A stretch of 64,000 nt of DNA from Nitrososphaeria archaeon (GTDB lineage: Archaea > Thermoproteota > Nitrososphaeria > JACIWG01): the NCBI GenBank assembly GCA_050011875.1, contig JBEKIG010000011.1:32001-96000 (forward strand), written 5' to 3'. Within the stretch, counting starts at the first letter, position 1. Each line of letters starts with the position of its first letter. The position numbers and the translations under genes are program-made. The notes beneath the pieces were generated by a model, which was not told the DNA's origin, searched no databases, and saw nothing but the letters and a program-made list of their open reading frames with translations. This document shows, one piece after another, positions 10,749 through 20,420 of this stretch.

Positions 10749-11762
10749 TTGGATGACGTTACTCCCGTCTATTGGAGGATGTGTTTGATGGTGGGTCTAC
10801 TTGATCCCCTTGAAGTTGGGGAATATATTCTCCCAAATCGTATTGTCATGCCCCCTATGCTTACCAATCTAGCTACTTCATACGGAAACGTGACCGACCG
10901 GCTGGTTGAGCACTACAGCAGACGCGCTGAAATGCTAGGTCTCCTGATAGTTGAAGCTTCATATGTGTCTAAGGGTGCCAATTTAAGCGAAAAACAGTTG
11001 GGAATATTCGATGAAAGTTTAGTCTCAGGTTTACGTAGACTTTTAGAAGCCATACACGGAAAGGGTACACCGGCTATTTTACAGATAATGCATTCCGGTG
11101 CAAAAGCTTACGTTGGTTCGGGAGGACTTCAACCAGTTGCTCCCTCAGCTATCCAATGCGCACGACAACTCAAAGTTAGTGAAATTGAACCGCTGCTTGA
11201 CAGTTTTGCGGAGGCCGCAGAGAGAGCGGTTAAATCAGGGTTTGATGGTGTTGAGGTTCACGGTGCACACGGCTTCTTGGTGAACCAGTTCTTTTCACCT
11301 CTAAGTAACAGACGAAACGACAAATATGGGGGGTCCCTTGAGAATAGGATGAGGTTTCCGATAGAAGTAGTTGAAAGAGTTAAGGAGAAGGCTGGCAAAA
11401 AACTGATACTCTATCGAATAGGTGCTGAAGACCTTAACCCAGACGGCGCAAAAATAGAGGATTCTGTCGAATTGGCTAAGAGACTAGAGCAATCAGGTGT
11501 TGACATAATTGACGTTTCAGGAGGCCTTTGTGGCAGCAGTCCTCCGGAATTACAAAATGTTCAAGGATACTTTATCCCACAAGCTCATAGGATCAAAGGT
11601 GCAGTTAAGGTTCCTGTCATCGGAGTTGGGAACATTAAGGACGCGAAGTATGCCAATAAGCTAGTAGAAGATGGGACAGTAGACCTCGTAGCAATAGGAA
11701 GGGGACTTATTAAAAACCCCCATTGGGCTGCTGAGGCGGTTAAGGCGTTAAAAGATAAATAA
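10749..11762 (+). CDS. NADH:flavin oxidoreductase (old yellow enzyme family); true start probably ATG near 10788
   Basis: NRIVMPPM, GFDGVEVHGAHGFL, RNDKYGGSLENRMRF, DLVAIGR. Confidence 0.92.
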   Translation: MDDVTPVYWRMCLMVGLLDPLEVGEYILPNRIVMPPMLTNLATSYGNVTDRLVEHYSRRAEMLGLLIVEASYVSKGANLSEKQLGIFDESLVSGLRRLLEAIHGKGTPAILQIMHSGAKAYVGSGGLQPVAPSAIQCARQLKVSEIEPLLDSFAEAAERAVKSGFDGVEVHGAHGFLVNQFFSPLSNRRNDKYGGSLENRMRFPIEVVERVKEKAGKKLILYRIGAEDLNPDGAKIEDSVELAKRLEQSGVDIIDVSGGLCGSSPPELQNVQGYFIPQAHRIKGAVKVPVIGVGNIKDAKYANKLVEDGTVDLVAIGRGLIKNPHWAAEAVKALKDK

Positions 11763-11878
11763 TAATTAACAGTATTAGCTGTAGAGAAGCAAAACGGTGG
11801 CCAAAACCTAAATAAAAGATGTTTTAATTTCATTCGGTGAGATAAAGGGTATCCCGATTTCCAGACATTTGGAGGTTT

Positions 11879-12076
11879 CTACTTCGTTTCCGCGCAAGGT
11901 TCTCCTTCTTTACCCCAATTAATCTTTTCAACATCGTATATTATTACTGTGACAGCATCCGGTTTTAGGTCTAAGGTTTTACAGAGCGCCTTTGTCACTT
12001 CTTCTATTATCCTCTTTTTCTGGGCCGCGGTTCTTCCCGCCCACATACTAATTTGAACTAGTGGTATTTTAATCAC
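11879..12076 (-). CDS. 4-oxalocrotonate tautomerase family protein (probable start at ATA 12067)
   Basis: PLVQISMWAGRTAAQKKRIIEEVT...VTVIIYDVEKINWGKEG pattern. Confidence 0.85.
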   Translation of the reverse strand: MIKIPLVQISMWAGRTAAQKKRIIEEVTKALCKTLDLKPDAVTVIIYDVEKINWGKEGEPCAETK

Positions 12077-12449
12077 CTGTCATATGTCTCCATCAACTGA
12101 TATTAATTCTTATACTTCAAAAATCAATGCACATTCAGTCGAATACTTTCTCCACATCTTCTAGCAGTTTGGCAGAACATGTCGAAGAATTCCATATACA
12201 ATGTATACAGAACCTTTCATTTTTACTTAGGCAATATGATTCCATATATAACTACACACATTATTGTAGCATTAGCTATCGGAAAAAAGAGATTTCCTAA
12301 AGAAAATGGTAAACCGTACAAAAGAGAATAACCAATTTAGTCGACCTTTAAAATTACCCCTTTTCCGACTAAACGGCAAAATTAATTATTACAGCATCTA
12401 TATTACGATTCGCCCTAGTCCTTTATTTTATCTCCAGCTATCTCTGCGA

Positions 12450-12788
12450 TTATTTTGATTCGATCCTTATCTCAACCTTTTCGTACCTTAATATCAAAGA
12501 CTTTTTGATCTCTTCGGCTTCAGCCAGGTTCTCCTTCCCATAGACTTCAAAGATCCATTTTGATGTCGAACCCGAATAGAAGTCTTTCGTTGATATCTTA
12601 CCCAAAAAGATGGGCGCTTGCTCCTTCTTCCCAAAAAATCCTTTTACAGGTGGCAATATCTTCAAAATACCTATAATATCACCCCGAGGTTCCTCTATTT
12701 TTTTGCCAAAAGAATCTGTAATCTGATATCCCTTCTCCTTTAGAACTTTAGCTATCCCTACAACCAATGGTTCAGCATAGCCTACCAC
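12450..12788 (-). CDS. Hypothetical protein
   Basis: 112-aa ORF with upstream AAGG RBS and TATA-like TTTATAAA; no recognised family. Confidence 0.6.
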   Translation of the reverse strand: MVGYAEPLVVGIAKVLKEKGYQITDSFGKKIEEPRGDIIGILKILPPVKGFFGKKEQAPIFLGKISTKDFYSGSTSKWIFEVYGKENLAEAEEIKKSLILRYEKVEIRIESK

Positions 12789-13005
12789 CGATACCTTCCT
12801 TTAATTATAATGTCAGGAGCATATTTATAAACCTACTCTTATTCCAAAAAGAACACTTAGAAAAACATCCGCTCTAATAAGAACTTCCTATGCCTTTTAT
12901 TATAGGTTGGCTGAATACATTGTCCAGTTTCGGAATAATGAACTTTCCTTTGACGAATGATTCTTAGGGTACGAAAGTAAAACCATCTTTCAGAAATAGG
13001 GGGTA

Positions 13006-13893
13006 TTATAAAAATTTCCTTATCGCATCTGCTATAATAGGTGCAGCGCTGACTAAACCGACAGGGCTTGGGACCGTATCTGATCCTATAATGACTTCAG
13101 CACCTGCATCCAAGATCCTTGCGTGGGAGTCTCCGATGAGCAAGGGATGAGCGCACATTACGATTACTCTGTTTGCTCCGTAGTTTTGAAGGACCTTAAT
13201 CGTTTCAACCATAGTGCCTCCCGTGCTGATGATATCATCGATGACCACGACATTACGATCTTTGACGCTTCGGAGCCTCGTCTTTATCTCAACTTTATCA
13301 GGCCCCAGTCGAACCTTTTCAAGCGTATCGTATTCGCAGTTCAGAATTTCGGATGAAATCTTAGCCCATTGTTCTGCCTCCTCATCGGGCGCTATAACGA
13401 TAGGTTTATCTAATGTGAAGTTCTGTTTAACATACTGAGTCAAAAGGGGAACCACTGACAAGTTGTGAGCTGGAATATTGAACACTTTGGAAATATCGTT
13501 AACTCTATGAAGATGTGTATCGATCGTGAAGAGCTCATCCGTCCCTACGTTTTCTATCAACCTGGTCACCGTCTGGAAGCTTATAGCCTCCCCAGGGTTA
13601 AATCGCCTATCCTGCCTTGCGTATGCAAAATAAGGTATAACACCAATAACTCTCTTAGCCCCAAGATCTTTCAGGGCTTTGACGAGTAGAAAATATTCGA
13701 ATAAGTGCTCATCAGGTACGTGATACATGGACTGTATAACTACTACGGTATCCCCTTTTACATTATCCATTATTCTAACATATTTTTCTCCATCTGGAAA
13801 CTTTTTGGCCTGAAGCTTAGAAACAGCCATGCCAAGCTCTCGACCTACCTTCAGAGAAAGCACGTCTGAGGCCGAACCTCCGATTAGCAGCAT
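13006..13893 (-). CDS. prs: Ribose-phosphate pyrophosphokinase
   Basis: FPDGE, PYFAYARQD, VVVIDDIISTGGT PRPP loop. Confidence 0.95.
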   Translation of the reverse strand: MLLIGGSASDVLSLKVGRELGMAVSKLQAKKFPDGEKYVRIMDNVKGDTVVVIQSMYHVPDEHLFEYFLLVKALKDLGAKRVIGVIPYFAYARQDRRFNPGEAISFQTVTRLIENVGTDELFTIDTHLHRVNDISKVFNIPAHNLSVVPLLTQYVKQNFTLDKPIVIAPDEEAEQWAKISSEILNCEYDTLEKVRLGPDKVEIKTRLRSVKDRNVVVIDDIISTGGTMVETIKVLQNYGANRVIVMCAHPLLIGDSHARILDAGAEVIIGSDTVPSPVGLVSAAPIIADAIRKFL

Positions 13894-14067
13894 TAACCAA
13901 TCACAAGGTATTTACCTCTATTAAAATTTTAATTTTAGGTCGTTTAAATTAAGTCCTGCAGGGTAAAATTTACAGTTCAGGGGAAAAAAATATATGTCTA
14001 TTAGCAATAACTATCCAAGAAGATATAAAAGAACAGGCATGTAAACACTTTAGATGAAAAAGTTCGT

Positions 14068-14619
14068 ATGGCTGCTGGAGAAAAAATCTATCTAATTAAA
14101 GGGGATATAACCGATCAAGACACCGATGCTATAGTTAACGCTGCAAATCCCAGTCTTATGGGGGGAGGAGGTGTCGATGGGGCCATACATCGGACGGGAG
14201 GCCCGAAAATATTGGAGGAATGTAAACGAATAAGGGCTAAAGACTGGCCTAACGGTCTTCCGACGGGGAAGACTGTAATCACTTCTGGAGGAAACTTGAA
14301 GGCTAAGTACGTAATTCACACCGTGGGCCCTATATGGTTCGGAGGGAATAGAGATGAGCAAGAGCTTTTAGCCGACGCATATAGAAATTCACTTATGTTG
14401 GCTGTAAATAAGGGACTGAAAACGATATCTTTTCCCTCGATAAGTACAGGAGCGTACGGTTATCCCATTGAAAAAGCAAGTGAAGTTGCTCTAACTGTCG
14501 TGAAGGAGTTTCTTGATGAGCAAAAAAATCTTGGCAAAGTAGCCTTTGTTCTTTTTAGTCAGCAGGATTTCCAAGTCTATAAAGAGACAGCTAGAAGGAT
14601 TCTAGAAAAAAATCCTTAA
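14068..14619 (+). CDS. Macro domain O-acetyl-ADP-ribose deacetylase (YmdB-like)
   Basis: GDIT, AIVNAAN, GGGGVDGAIH, HTVGP, FPSISTGAYGYP. Confidence 0.93.
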   Translation: MAAGEKIYLIKGDITDQDTDAIVNAANPSLMGGGGVDGAIHRTGGPKILEECKRIRAKDWPNGLPTGKTVITSGGNLKAKYVIHTVGPIWFGGNRDEQELLADAYRNSLMLAVNKGLKTISFPSISTGAYGYPIEKASEVALTVVKEFLDEQKNLGKVAFVLFSQQDFQVYKETARRILEKNP

Positions 14620-14697
14620 CGCTTATTATTACAGCTTCTTTAGAACAGTCATGACATAATGTTTCGAACATTTTCCAAGGCTTCGTCAACTTGACTT

Positions 14698-15255
14698 TTA
14701 CACATTTTTTAGAGAAACCAGTATTAACCAAATAGAGGTCATGATTATTGATGCCGTCTCTTGTATTGCTACGCCGTGCCAGGGCCACTGTCCAAACCAA
14801 ATAATCGCGCACGTGATTCCAAATACTAGAGATAGGGCTCCTATCTTTGGAGTACCGAGAGGCCACGAGAGAAAGCTATAGACAAGCATCGTAACAACCG
14901 CCGTTAGAAAGAAAATCACCGATACCGTTCCATGAATTCCTCCGGCATCCTCGTTGAACACTCCTATCAGAAATAAACTGATAGAGGATGCAGTAAAAAG
15001 TGGTGTCCACAACAAGAATTTCCAAGAACGTTTAACATATGACAGAAGCAAGTTAAACGAAATCGTGAATAAACCAGCCATCATAACTCCCAGGTTGAAT
15101 ACATATGCGACATAACCATTGCGCGATATGCTGCCAAGGTCGCTCAAGGCGTTATTGTAAATGCTAAACCATGGTGAAAGAACAATGGAAGCTACAATAA
15201 ATAAGTATGGAAAAGTGGCTCCTATGATTCCTATAGCCTTAATCAGTTTAATCAT
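14698..15255 (-). CDS. DUF998 family membrane protein
   Basis: SPWFS..NALSDLG, LIGVFNE..G.IH..VSV.FF, multiple TMs. Confidence 0.8.
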   Translation of the reverse strand: MIKLIKAIGIIGATFPYLFIVASIVLSPWFSIYNNALSDLGSISRNGYVAYVFNLGVMMAGLFTISFNLLLSYVKRSWKFLLWTPLFTASSISLFLIGVFNEDAGGIHGTVSVIFFLTAVVTMLVYSFLSWPLGTPKIGALSLVFGITCAIIWFGQWPWHGVAIQETASIIMTSIWLILVSLKNV

Positions 15256-15340
15256 GTGACAGGTAAATGGAAAGACTGATAATTAACTATTATAGTCCCC
15301 CTCTTAGAAATTGACGATTTAGACTTATCATGAACTATTG

Positions 15341-15673
15341 TCATTCTGTAACTGTAGTTTGTGTCTGCTCGGATTTTTGTTCTTTATTTCTGAACAAATA
15401 AATTGATAGAATGACTTCTACAATGATATTTCCAACTGCAAAAAGTGTAGCAGAAACTAAGTTTATGGAAACGATATATAGAATCAGAAGGCTTATCAAG
15501 ATCCACACAAATATAAACTCTATTGCAATTTGGGATACTCCTGTTCTCTTTTGTACGCCTTCTCTACGCTTTTTCCTACTATCAAAAAAAAGAAAGATGC
15601 TAATTAAGATTATGAATATGATACTAAAGGTAATGGTTATTACGTACCAGGTGAATAAGTTAAATTCTATCAT
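15341..15673 (-). CDS. Small hypothetical membrane protein (3 TM), downstream of mgtA
   Basis: Hydrophobic 110-aa ORF 13 bp after mgtA; GGTG RBS. Confidence 0.6.
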   Translation of the reverse strand: MIEFNLFTWYVITITFSIIFIILISIFLFFDSRKKRREGVQKRTGVSQIAIEFIFVWILISLLILYIVSINLVSATLFAVGNIIVEVILSIYLFRNKEQKSEQTQTTVTE

Positions 15674-15686
15674 TTTCTATACACCA

Positions 15687-18275
15687 TTAGAACTTGCATA
15701 TCTTATAAAAGAACACCTTTCCAGCATCCACTAATAAGAGATAGGTAAGAACCATGAGAATTAGGAGAACCCAATAATATGCTGGAACTGCTATAAACCC
15801 AAGGAAACTTCCTAGGAATGTGAATGGAAGTATGGTTCCAAAAGCTACCAAGGATAATGTAAGTATCGTTAGCCATTTTCCAGGACGACTAGTTACAAAT
15901 GGTATACGTCTTGTTCTGATTACAAATATTACTAGGACCTCGGTCCAGAATGATTCTATGAACCATCCACTTTGGAATAGGGGTGCCTTGGCTACAGTTG
16001 AAGCTCCAAATATGAAAAGCATAATGCCGAATGTTAGAAAATCGTAAAGTGAACTAAAGGGACCAAAGAAGAGCGTGAACTTTCTTACGAAGCTGATATC
16101 CCATTTCTTAGGCCATTTGGTGTATTCTTCATCAACATTATCTGTTGGGAGAGTCATGTTCGACATGTCGTAAAGTAGATTCATGAAGAGTATCTGCATA
16201 GGTAGCATCGGAAGGAACGGGAGAAACACTGATGCTGCAGCTACACTAAACATATTTCCAAAGTTTGAACTTGTCCCCATCAAAATGTATTTAGTAGTAT
16301 TTCCAAAGATCTTGCGCCCCTCTTCTATTCCATTAGCAAGTGTTCCTAAATCCTTCTCAAGGAGCACTATGTCTGCTGCGTCCTTTGAGACGTCAACTGC
16401 AGTGTCTACAGAAATGCCCACATCTGCCTCATAGAGAGCTGGAGCGTCGTTAACTCCATCCCCCATAAAACCAACTACGTGACCGTTTTTCTTTAAGGCT
16501 TTAATAACATCCAGCTTCTGTTCAGGAGTGATCCTCGCAAATATCGTAGTCTCTTCTACTAACCCTTGAAATTCAACAGTACTCATCTGTGCTAGCTCTG
16601 AACCATTAACTACTTTATTGACAGAGATCTTAAGGTCCTCACAGACCTTTCTTGCAACAAGTTCGTTGTCTCCGGTTAATATTTTGACCGTAACCCCCAT
16701 CTGTTTTAATTTTTCAATAGATTCATGTGCACTCTCCTTAGGTGGGTCAGTAAATATCAGAAATCCCAAAAAAGTCATATCATTTTCATCCTCAACTGAA
16801 TACAGTTTTTTTTCTTCTATTTGGCGATAAGCGATGGCTACAATACGATATCCCTGTTGTGAAAGATTTAGGAATTTTGCGTTGATAGAATCTATCGCAT
16901 CAGTTATGGACATGTTCTTTTCGATGATGTCAACACTTTTGCATTTTGGAATGATCGATTCTGGAGCCCCTTTTGTTATGAGCATTAAGCCCCCTTCCTT
17001 TCTAACTACAACCGACATCATTCGTCTTTGATAATCGAAAGGAATTTCTTCCACTTTAGAGTATATCTCCAAACCTTTCTGATTGTTGTTCTTTATCGCG
17101 TATTCCCAAATTGAAGCATCTATAGGATTTCCAGTAACTTTCTCTCCAATGATGGCTGTGTTACAAAGTAAGGCGTATGTTAAAATTCTGGGATCCTTAT
17201 CTTCTTCAAGACTATAATAGTCTTTTAAACCGATCTTTCCATCTGTAAGTGTGCCAGTCTTGTCTGTATAAAGAATGTCCATGTTTCCAAAATCTTCAAT
17301 GGACACTAAGCGTTTTACAATGACCTTTAACTTAGCCATATTTCTAGCTCCTTGTGAAAGGCTTATGGTTACTATGGCGGGCATAAGTTCAGGAACTAGC
17401 CCAACTGCAACCGCAAGAGAGAAAAGAAGCGCGTCTACCAGCGGACGACCAACTACTATTAGAGCAGCGAAAATTCCGATGGCCAAGGCAAGGGTTAGAG
17501 TCATAAGCATGGTTCCATATCTCTTAACTCCTCTCTGGAAGTCAGTTTCCGGGTGAGATCTTGTTAAACTCTTAGATATGGACCCTAGTTCGGTGTTTTT
17601 TCCAGTTGAGAAGACAACTCCTAGTCCGCTACCGTGTTCAACTGTGGTGCCCATGAATAGGTAGTTTTTCAATTGCTGTGGTGTAGGATTTTTGATATCA
17701 ATTGGATCCTTTGTTTTTTCGACTGGAAACGATTCTCCAGTAAAGGTTGCTTCGTTAACTTCGAGGCTATTGTATTCAACTATCCTCATGTCTGCTGGAA
17801 CAATATCGCCCACATAGACTGTGACGATGTCCCCTGGAACCAAAAAACTTGAATCGATTTCAGAATTTTTTCCATCCCTTTTAACAACTGCTTTCAGAGA
17901 TACACTTTTCCTGAGGTCGTCAACAATCTTTTCCGCTTTATATTCATTGTAGAAGCCTAAAATAACGCTTATAACAATCATTGAAAGTATAGCTATAGAC
18001 TGATCGAACTCACCAAAGAAGCCCGCTATAACGGCAGCCGCAATCAGAATTGTAAATATTGGATTCTTTAATTGCCTTAAGAACACTTGGATTCTACTAA
18101 AGCCTTGTCTTGGCAGTAGGTTTTGACCATATGTTTTAAGCCGTTTCTGAGCTTCCCGTTGAGATAAACCTTCCAAATTTGTCTCAAGAGCCTTGTAAAC
18201 GTCTATCGGAGGAGATGACCAGTAATCAGTGCGTTTAAGAATAGTTTGGTCCTTCGACATTTTTATATCCTCCAA
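15687..18275 (-). CDS. mgtA: Magnesium-translocating P-type ATPase (P3B)
   Basis: TGES, VPEL, DKTGTLT, TGDN, GDGVNDAPAL and the MgtA-type GTSSNFGNMFS and LFQSGWFIES. Confidence 0.92.
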   Translation of the reverse strand: MEDIKMSKDQTILKRTDYWSSPPIDVYKALETNLEGLSQREAQKRLKTYGQNLLPRQGFSRIQVFLRQLKNPIFTILIAAAVIAGFFGEFDQSIAILSMIVISVILGFYNEYKAEKIVDDLRKSVSLKAVVKRDGKNSEIDSSFLVPGDIVTVYVGDIVPADMRIVEYNSLEVNEATFTGESFPVEKTKDPIDIKNPTPQQLKNYLFMGTTVEHGSGLGVVFSTGKNTELGSISKSLTRSHPETDFQRGVKRYGTMLMTLTLALAIGIFAALIVVGRPLVDALLFSLAVAVGLVPELMPAIVTISLSQGARNMAKLKVIVKRLVSIEDFGNMDILYTDKTGTLTDGKIGLKDYYSLEEDKDPRILTYALLCNTAIIGEKVTGNPIDASIWEYAIKNNNQKGLEIYSKVEEIPFDYQRRMMSVVVRKEGGLMLITKGAPESIIPKCKSVDIIEKNMSITDAIDSINAKFLNLSQQGYRIVAIAYRQIEEKKLYSVEDENDMTFLGFLIFTDPPKESAHESIEKLKQMGVTVKILTGDNELVARKVCEDLKISVNKVVNGSELAQMSTVEFQGLVEETTIFARITPEQKLDVIKALKKNGHVVGFMGDGVNDAPALYEADVGISVDTAVDVSKDAADIVLLEKDLGTLANGIEEGRKIFGNTTKYILMGTSSNFGNMFSVAAASVFLPFLPMLPMQILFMNLLYDMSNMTLPTDNVDEEYTKWPKKWDISFVRKFTLFFGPFSSLYDFLTFGIMLFIFGASTVAKAPLFQSGWFIESFWTEVLVIFVIRTRRIPFVTSRPGKWLTILTLSLVAFGTILPFTFLGSFLGFIAVPAYYWVLLILMVLTYLLLVDAGKVFFYKICKF

Positions 18276-18347
18276 TAAGTCTGCTCTAAAGGCCTAGAAA
18301 ATATCGCGATAAAGGTGTTTAGGAAACTTTAATTCGTAGAATTCAGC

Positions 18348-19118
18348 TTATTCAGGCTCTTCGTGTATGTCTATCCTTGAGACGTTTGGATATTCGCTTC
18401 TTACAGCTTTCTCGATTTCATTAGATATCTCATGAGCTTTTTCCAAACTGATCCCTGGATCGAAATGGCAGTGCAGGACTAAATGTAAATTGCCTCCTAT
18501 TCTGCGGACTTCAATATCGTGCACTTTCTTGACTTCCGGAAAACGTTTTGCTACATGTTCAATGTACAATTCCAGTTCCGCGTCGACCCCTATCATTTCC
18601 ATAGATATCCTATCCGATGCTGATTCAATGTGGACAGTTATATCTTCAAAACCTAGGTTTAATGCTCTTATCCTTTTCTCAACCTCTTCTGATATGTCGT
18701 GAGCCTGTTTGATAGTAATGTTAGCGCTCACTTCAAGGTGAAAGTCTACGAGCAATTTTCCATTTATCTTTTGGATATGAATATTGTGCACTCCCCTCGA
18801 GCCGGGAACTCCTTCTGCTGTTTCTTTTATGATCATCCATATATTTTCGTGAACAATTTTTAGCGGTTGTGTGTTGACCGTAACTCTTGAATTAGGAATA
18901 ATATTTTTTACTTCTCTTTCAATATTTAATGCAATTCGATGAGCCTCTTCGAGCTCTAAATTACTGTCAAGCCAAACATTTATCGAAATGTCATACCTTT
19001 TTCCTGTAATTCGAACTCTCGGTTGGTCACAGCCTCTAACCTCCTTTATCGACTCCACCCTTTTCTTAACTATTTTTGATATTTCTTCGCTAGAGCGTTC
19101 TATTAAAGGGAGTGGCAA
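18348..19118 (-). CDS. Stand-alone protein of three CDF C-terminal (ZT_dimer-like) domains
   Basis: Three repeats of V...H.I.VR..G....V..H......(L/I)..AH.I...(I/V)E..(V/I)........V.(I/V)H.EP; no TM segment. Confidence 0.8.
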   Translation of the reverse strand: MPLPLIERSSEEISKIVKKRVESIKEVRGCDQPRVRITGKRYDISINVWLDSNLELEEAHRIALNIEREVKNIIPNSRVTVNTQPLKIVHENIWMIIKETAEGVPGSRGVHNIHIQKINGKLLVDFHLEVSANITIKQAHDISEEVEKRIRALNLGFEDITVHIESASDRISMEMIGVDAELELYIEHVAKRFPEVKKVHDIEVRRIGGNLHLVLHCHFDPGISLEKAHEISNEIEKAVRSEYPNVSRIDIHEEPE

Positions 19119-19230
19119 TATTTATTCTCCGTAGAATATGTACCTTTTAGTGTATATTTAATTATATCATAAAATTTTTTTAATGTTGTAATAATGATTC
19201 AGGACTAAAAGAAAGGTTTTTCAAAGAAGG

Positions 19231-19794
19231 TTACTTCATTGCTTCTTGGAATATATCATGTATTCTTTCTCCTGTCTTAATAAGGTTGTCTCCCCTTTTT
19301 CTGTCGAACAAGATAAAGAGGATATTCAGATAATTGCAGTCATCACTGTACTCTTGCCGGTCGTCCACTAAAACGAAATTGTTTTTGTCTGATTCTTTGT
19401 CGATTATATACTTTAACTGGCGTCTTTTAGCCCCGAAGTTATCCCTGGAAAGAGCTTCTCTTAAATAAGGTCTTAAATTATATTTATCTATGAAGATATT
19501 TAGAGCTTTCTTAGACTGCATTGAGGCTATGTAAACTGGACCTTTAAAAGATTTGATCGCGGGTTTAATGTCATCAAATAATTGGGCTTTATGAATCACT
19601 TTTAATTCTTGTTCCTCTAATATTTTGCTGGATAGATCAAACATTTCTGTTCCGTAACAGTCTTCCAAAAAGGTGATCACATCTTCAATATCATGGCCTG
19701 CAATCTCAGAAGTCCTTTTATATACAAGCTTCCAGTCAACGTCTAAATCTGTTATCACACCGTCCAGGTCCAATATTAAAATCGTCTTCTTCAT
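19231..19794 (-). CDS. HAD-superfamily hydrolase
   Basis: DLDGVIT motif I and LVDD motif IV. Confidence 0.85.
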   Translation of the reverse strand: MKKTILILDLDGVITDLDVDWKLVYKRTSEIAGHDIEDVITFLEDCYGTEMFDLSSKILEEQELKVIHKAQLFDDIKPAIKSFKGPVYIASMQSKKALNIFIDKYNLRPYLREALSRDNFGAKRRQLKYIIDKESDKNNFVLVDDRQEYSDDCNYLNILFILFDRKRGDNLIKTGERIHDIFQEAMK

Positions 19795-19972
19795 TCTAAA
19801 GCTCTCCTAGTTCAAGTTTGTACAACCCCACTACTTTATGAAAGAGTCATAAATGTTTTGCTACAAAATACAATTAGAAGTACAACTTATTAAAGAGCAT
19901 TAATAATCTGTTTATGTACAATGCTTAATTGTAGGGATGAATTGCGTCGGCGCTTCTTAACCATCTTCCCTG

Positions 19973-20419
19973 CTATTGTCCTTTTGCTAAACTCTTTAAG
20001 ATATCTAGTCTTTTCTTAGCCTTTTTGTTTGAGTTTAAAAGTATCTGGTTCGCTTCTCCTGAAATATGCGAAATCTTCCCTGCAACATCAGTATATAATT
20101 GGGATATCTGTTCTTCTATAATTGTCGCCTTATCAATTGCTGTGATTTGTCTGTTTAAAGTCGTGTCATCTATTCTTTTTAAAAATTTTTCAATTTCCAT
20201 TCCTGATATCGGCTCAAGTGTGAACTCCACTATTGTTTCCCGTTTTGTCGTCTCAATCTTTGTCGCTGTGTCTTGATGCTCCTTTGAAAAAATTTGAAAA
20301 TAGTTCGATAGCTCCCCTCCAGTTCCTATTCTTGAGTTAGCGTAAAAATTCCCAGCCCGTACTTCAATATCTATGAGCTTATTCAGTAAAGAACTCATAG
20401 TATACCTTTCTTCGTCCAT
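19973..20419 (-). CDS. Ferritin-like (rubrerythrin-type helical bundle) hypothetical protein
   Basis: IEVRAGNFY...FSKEH, IEEQISQLY; 1 bp after mmsA. Confidence 0.55.
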   Translation of the reverse strand: MDEERYTMSSLLNKLIDIEVRAGNFYANSRIGTGGELSNYFQIFSKEHQDTATKIETTKRETIVEFTLEPISGMEIEKFLKRIDDTTLNRQITAIDKATIIEEQISQLYTDVAGKISHISGEANQILLNSNKKAKKRLDILKSLAKGQ

Positions 20420-20420
20420 C

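Noticed and set aside
12336-12373. 8-bp inverted repeat TTTAGTCG...CGACTAAA
   Set aside because: Short arms with a 22-nt spacer and no second copy; could be chance.
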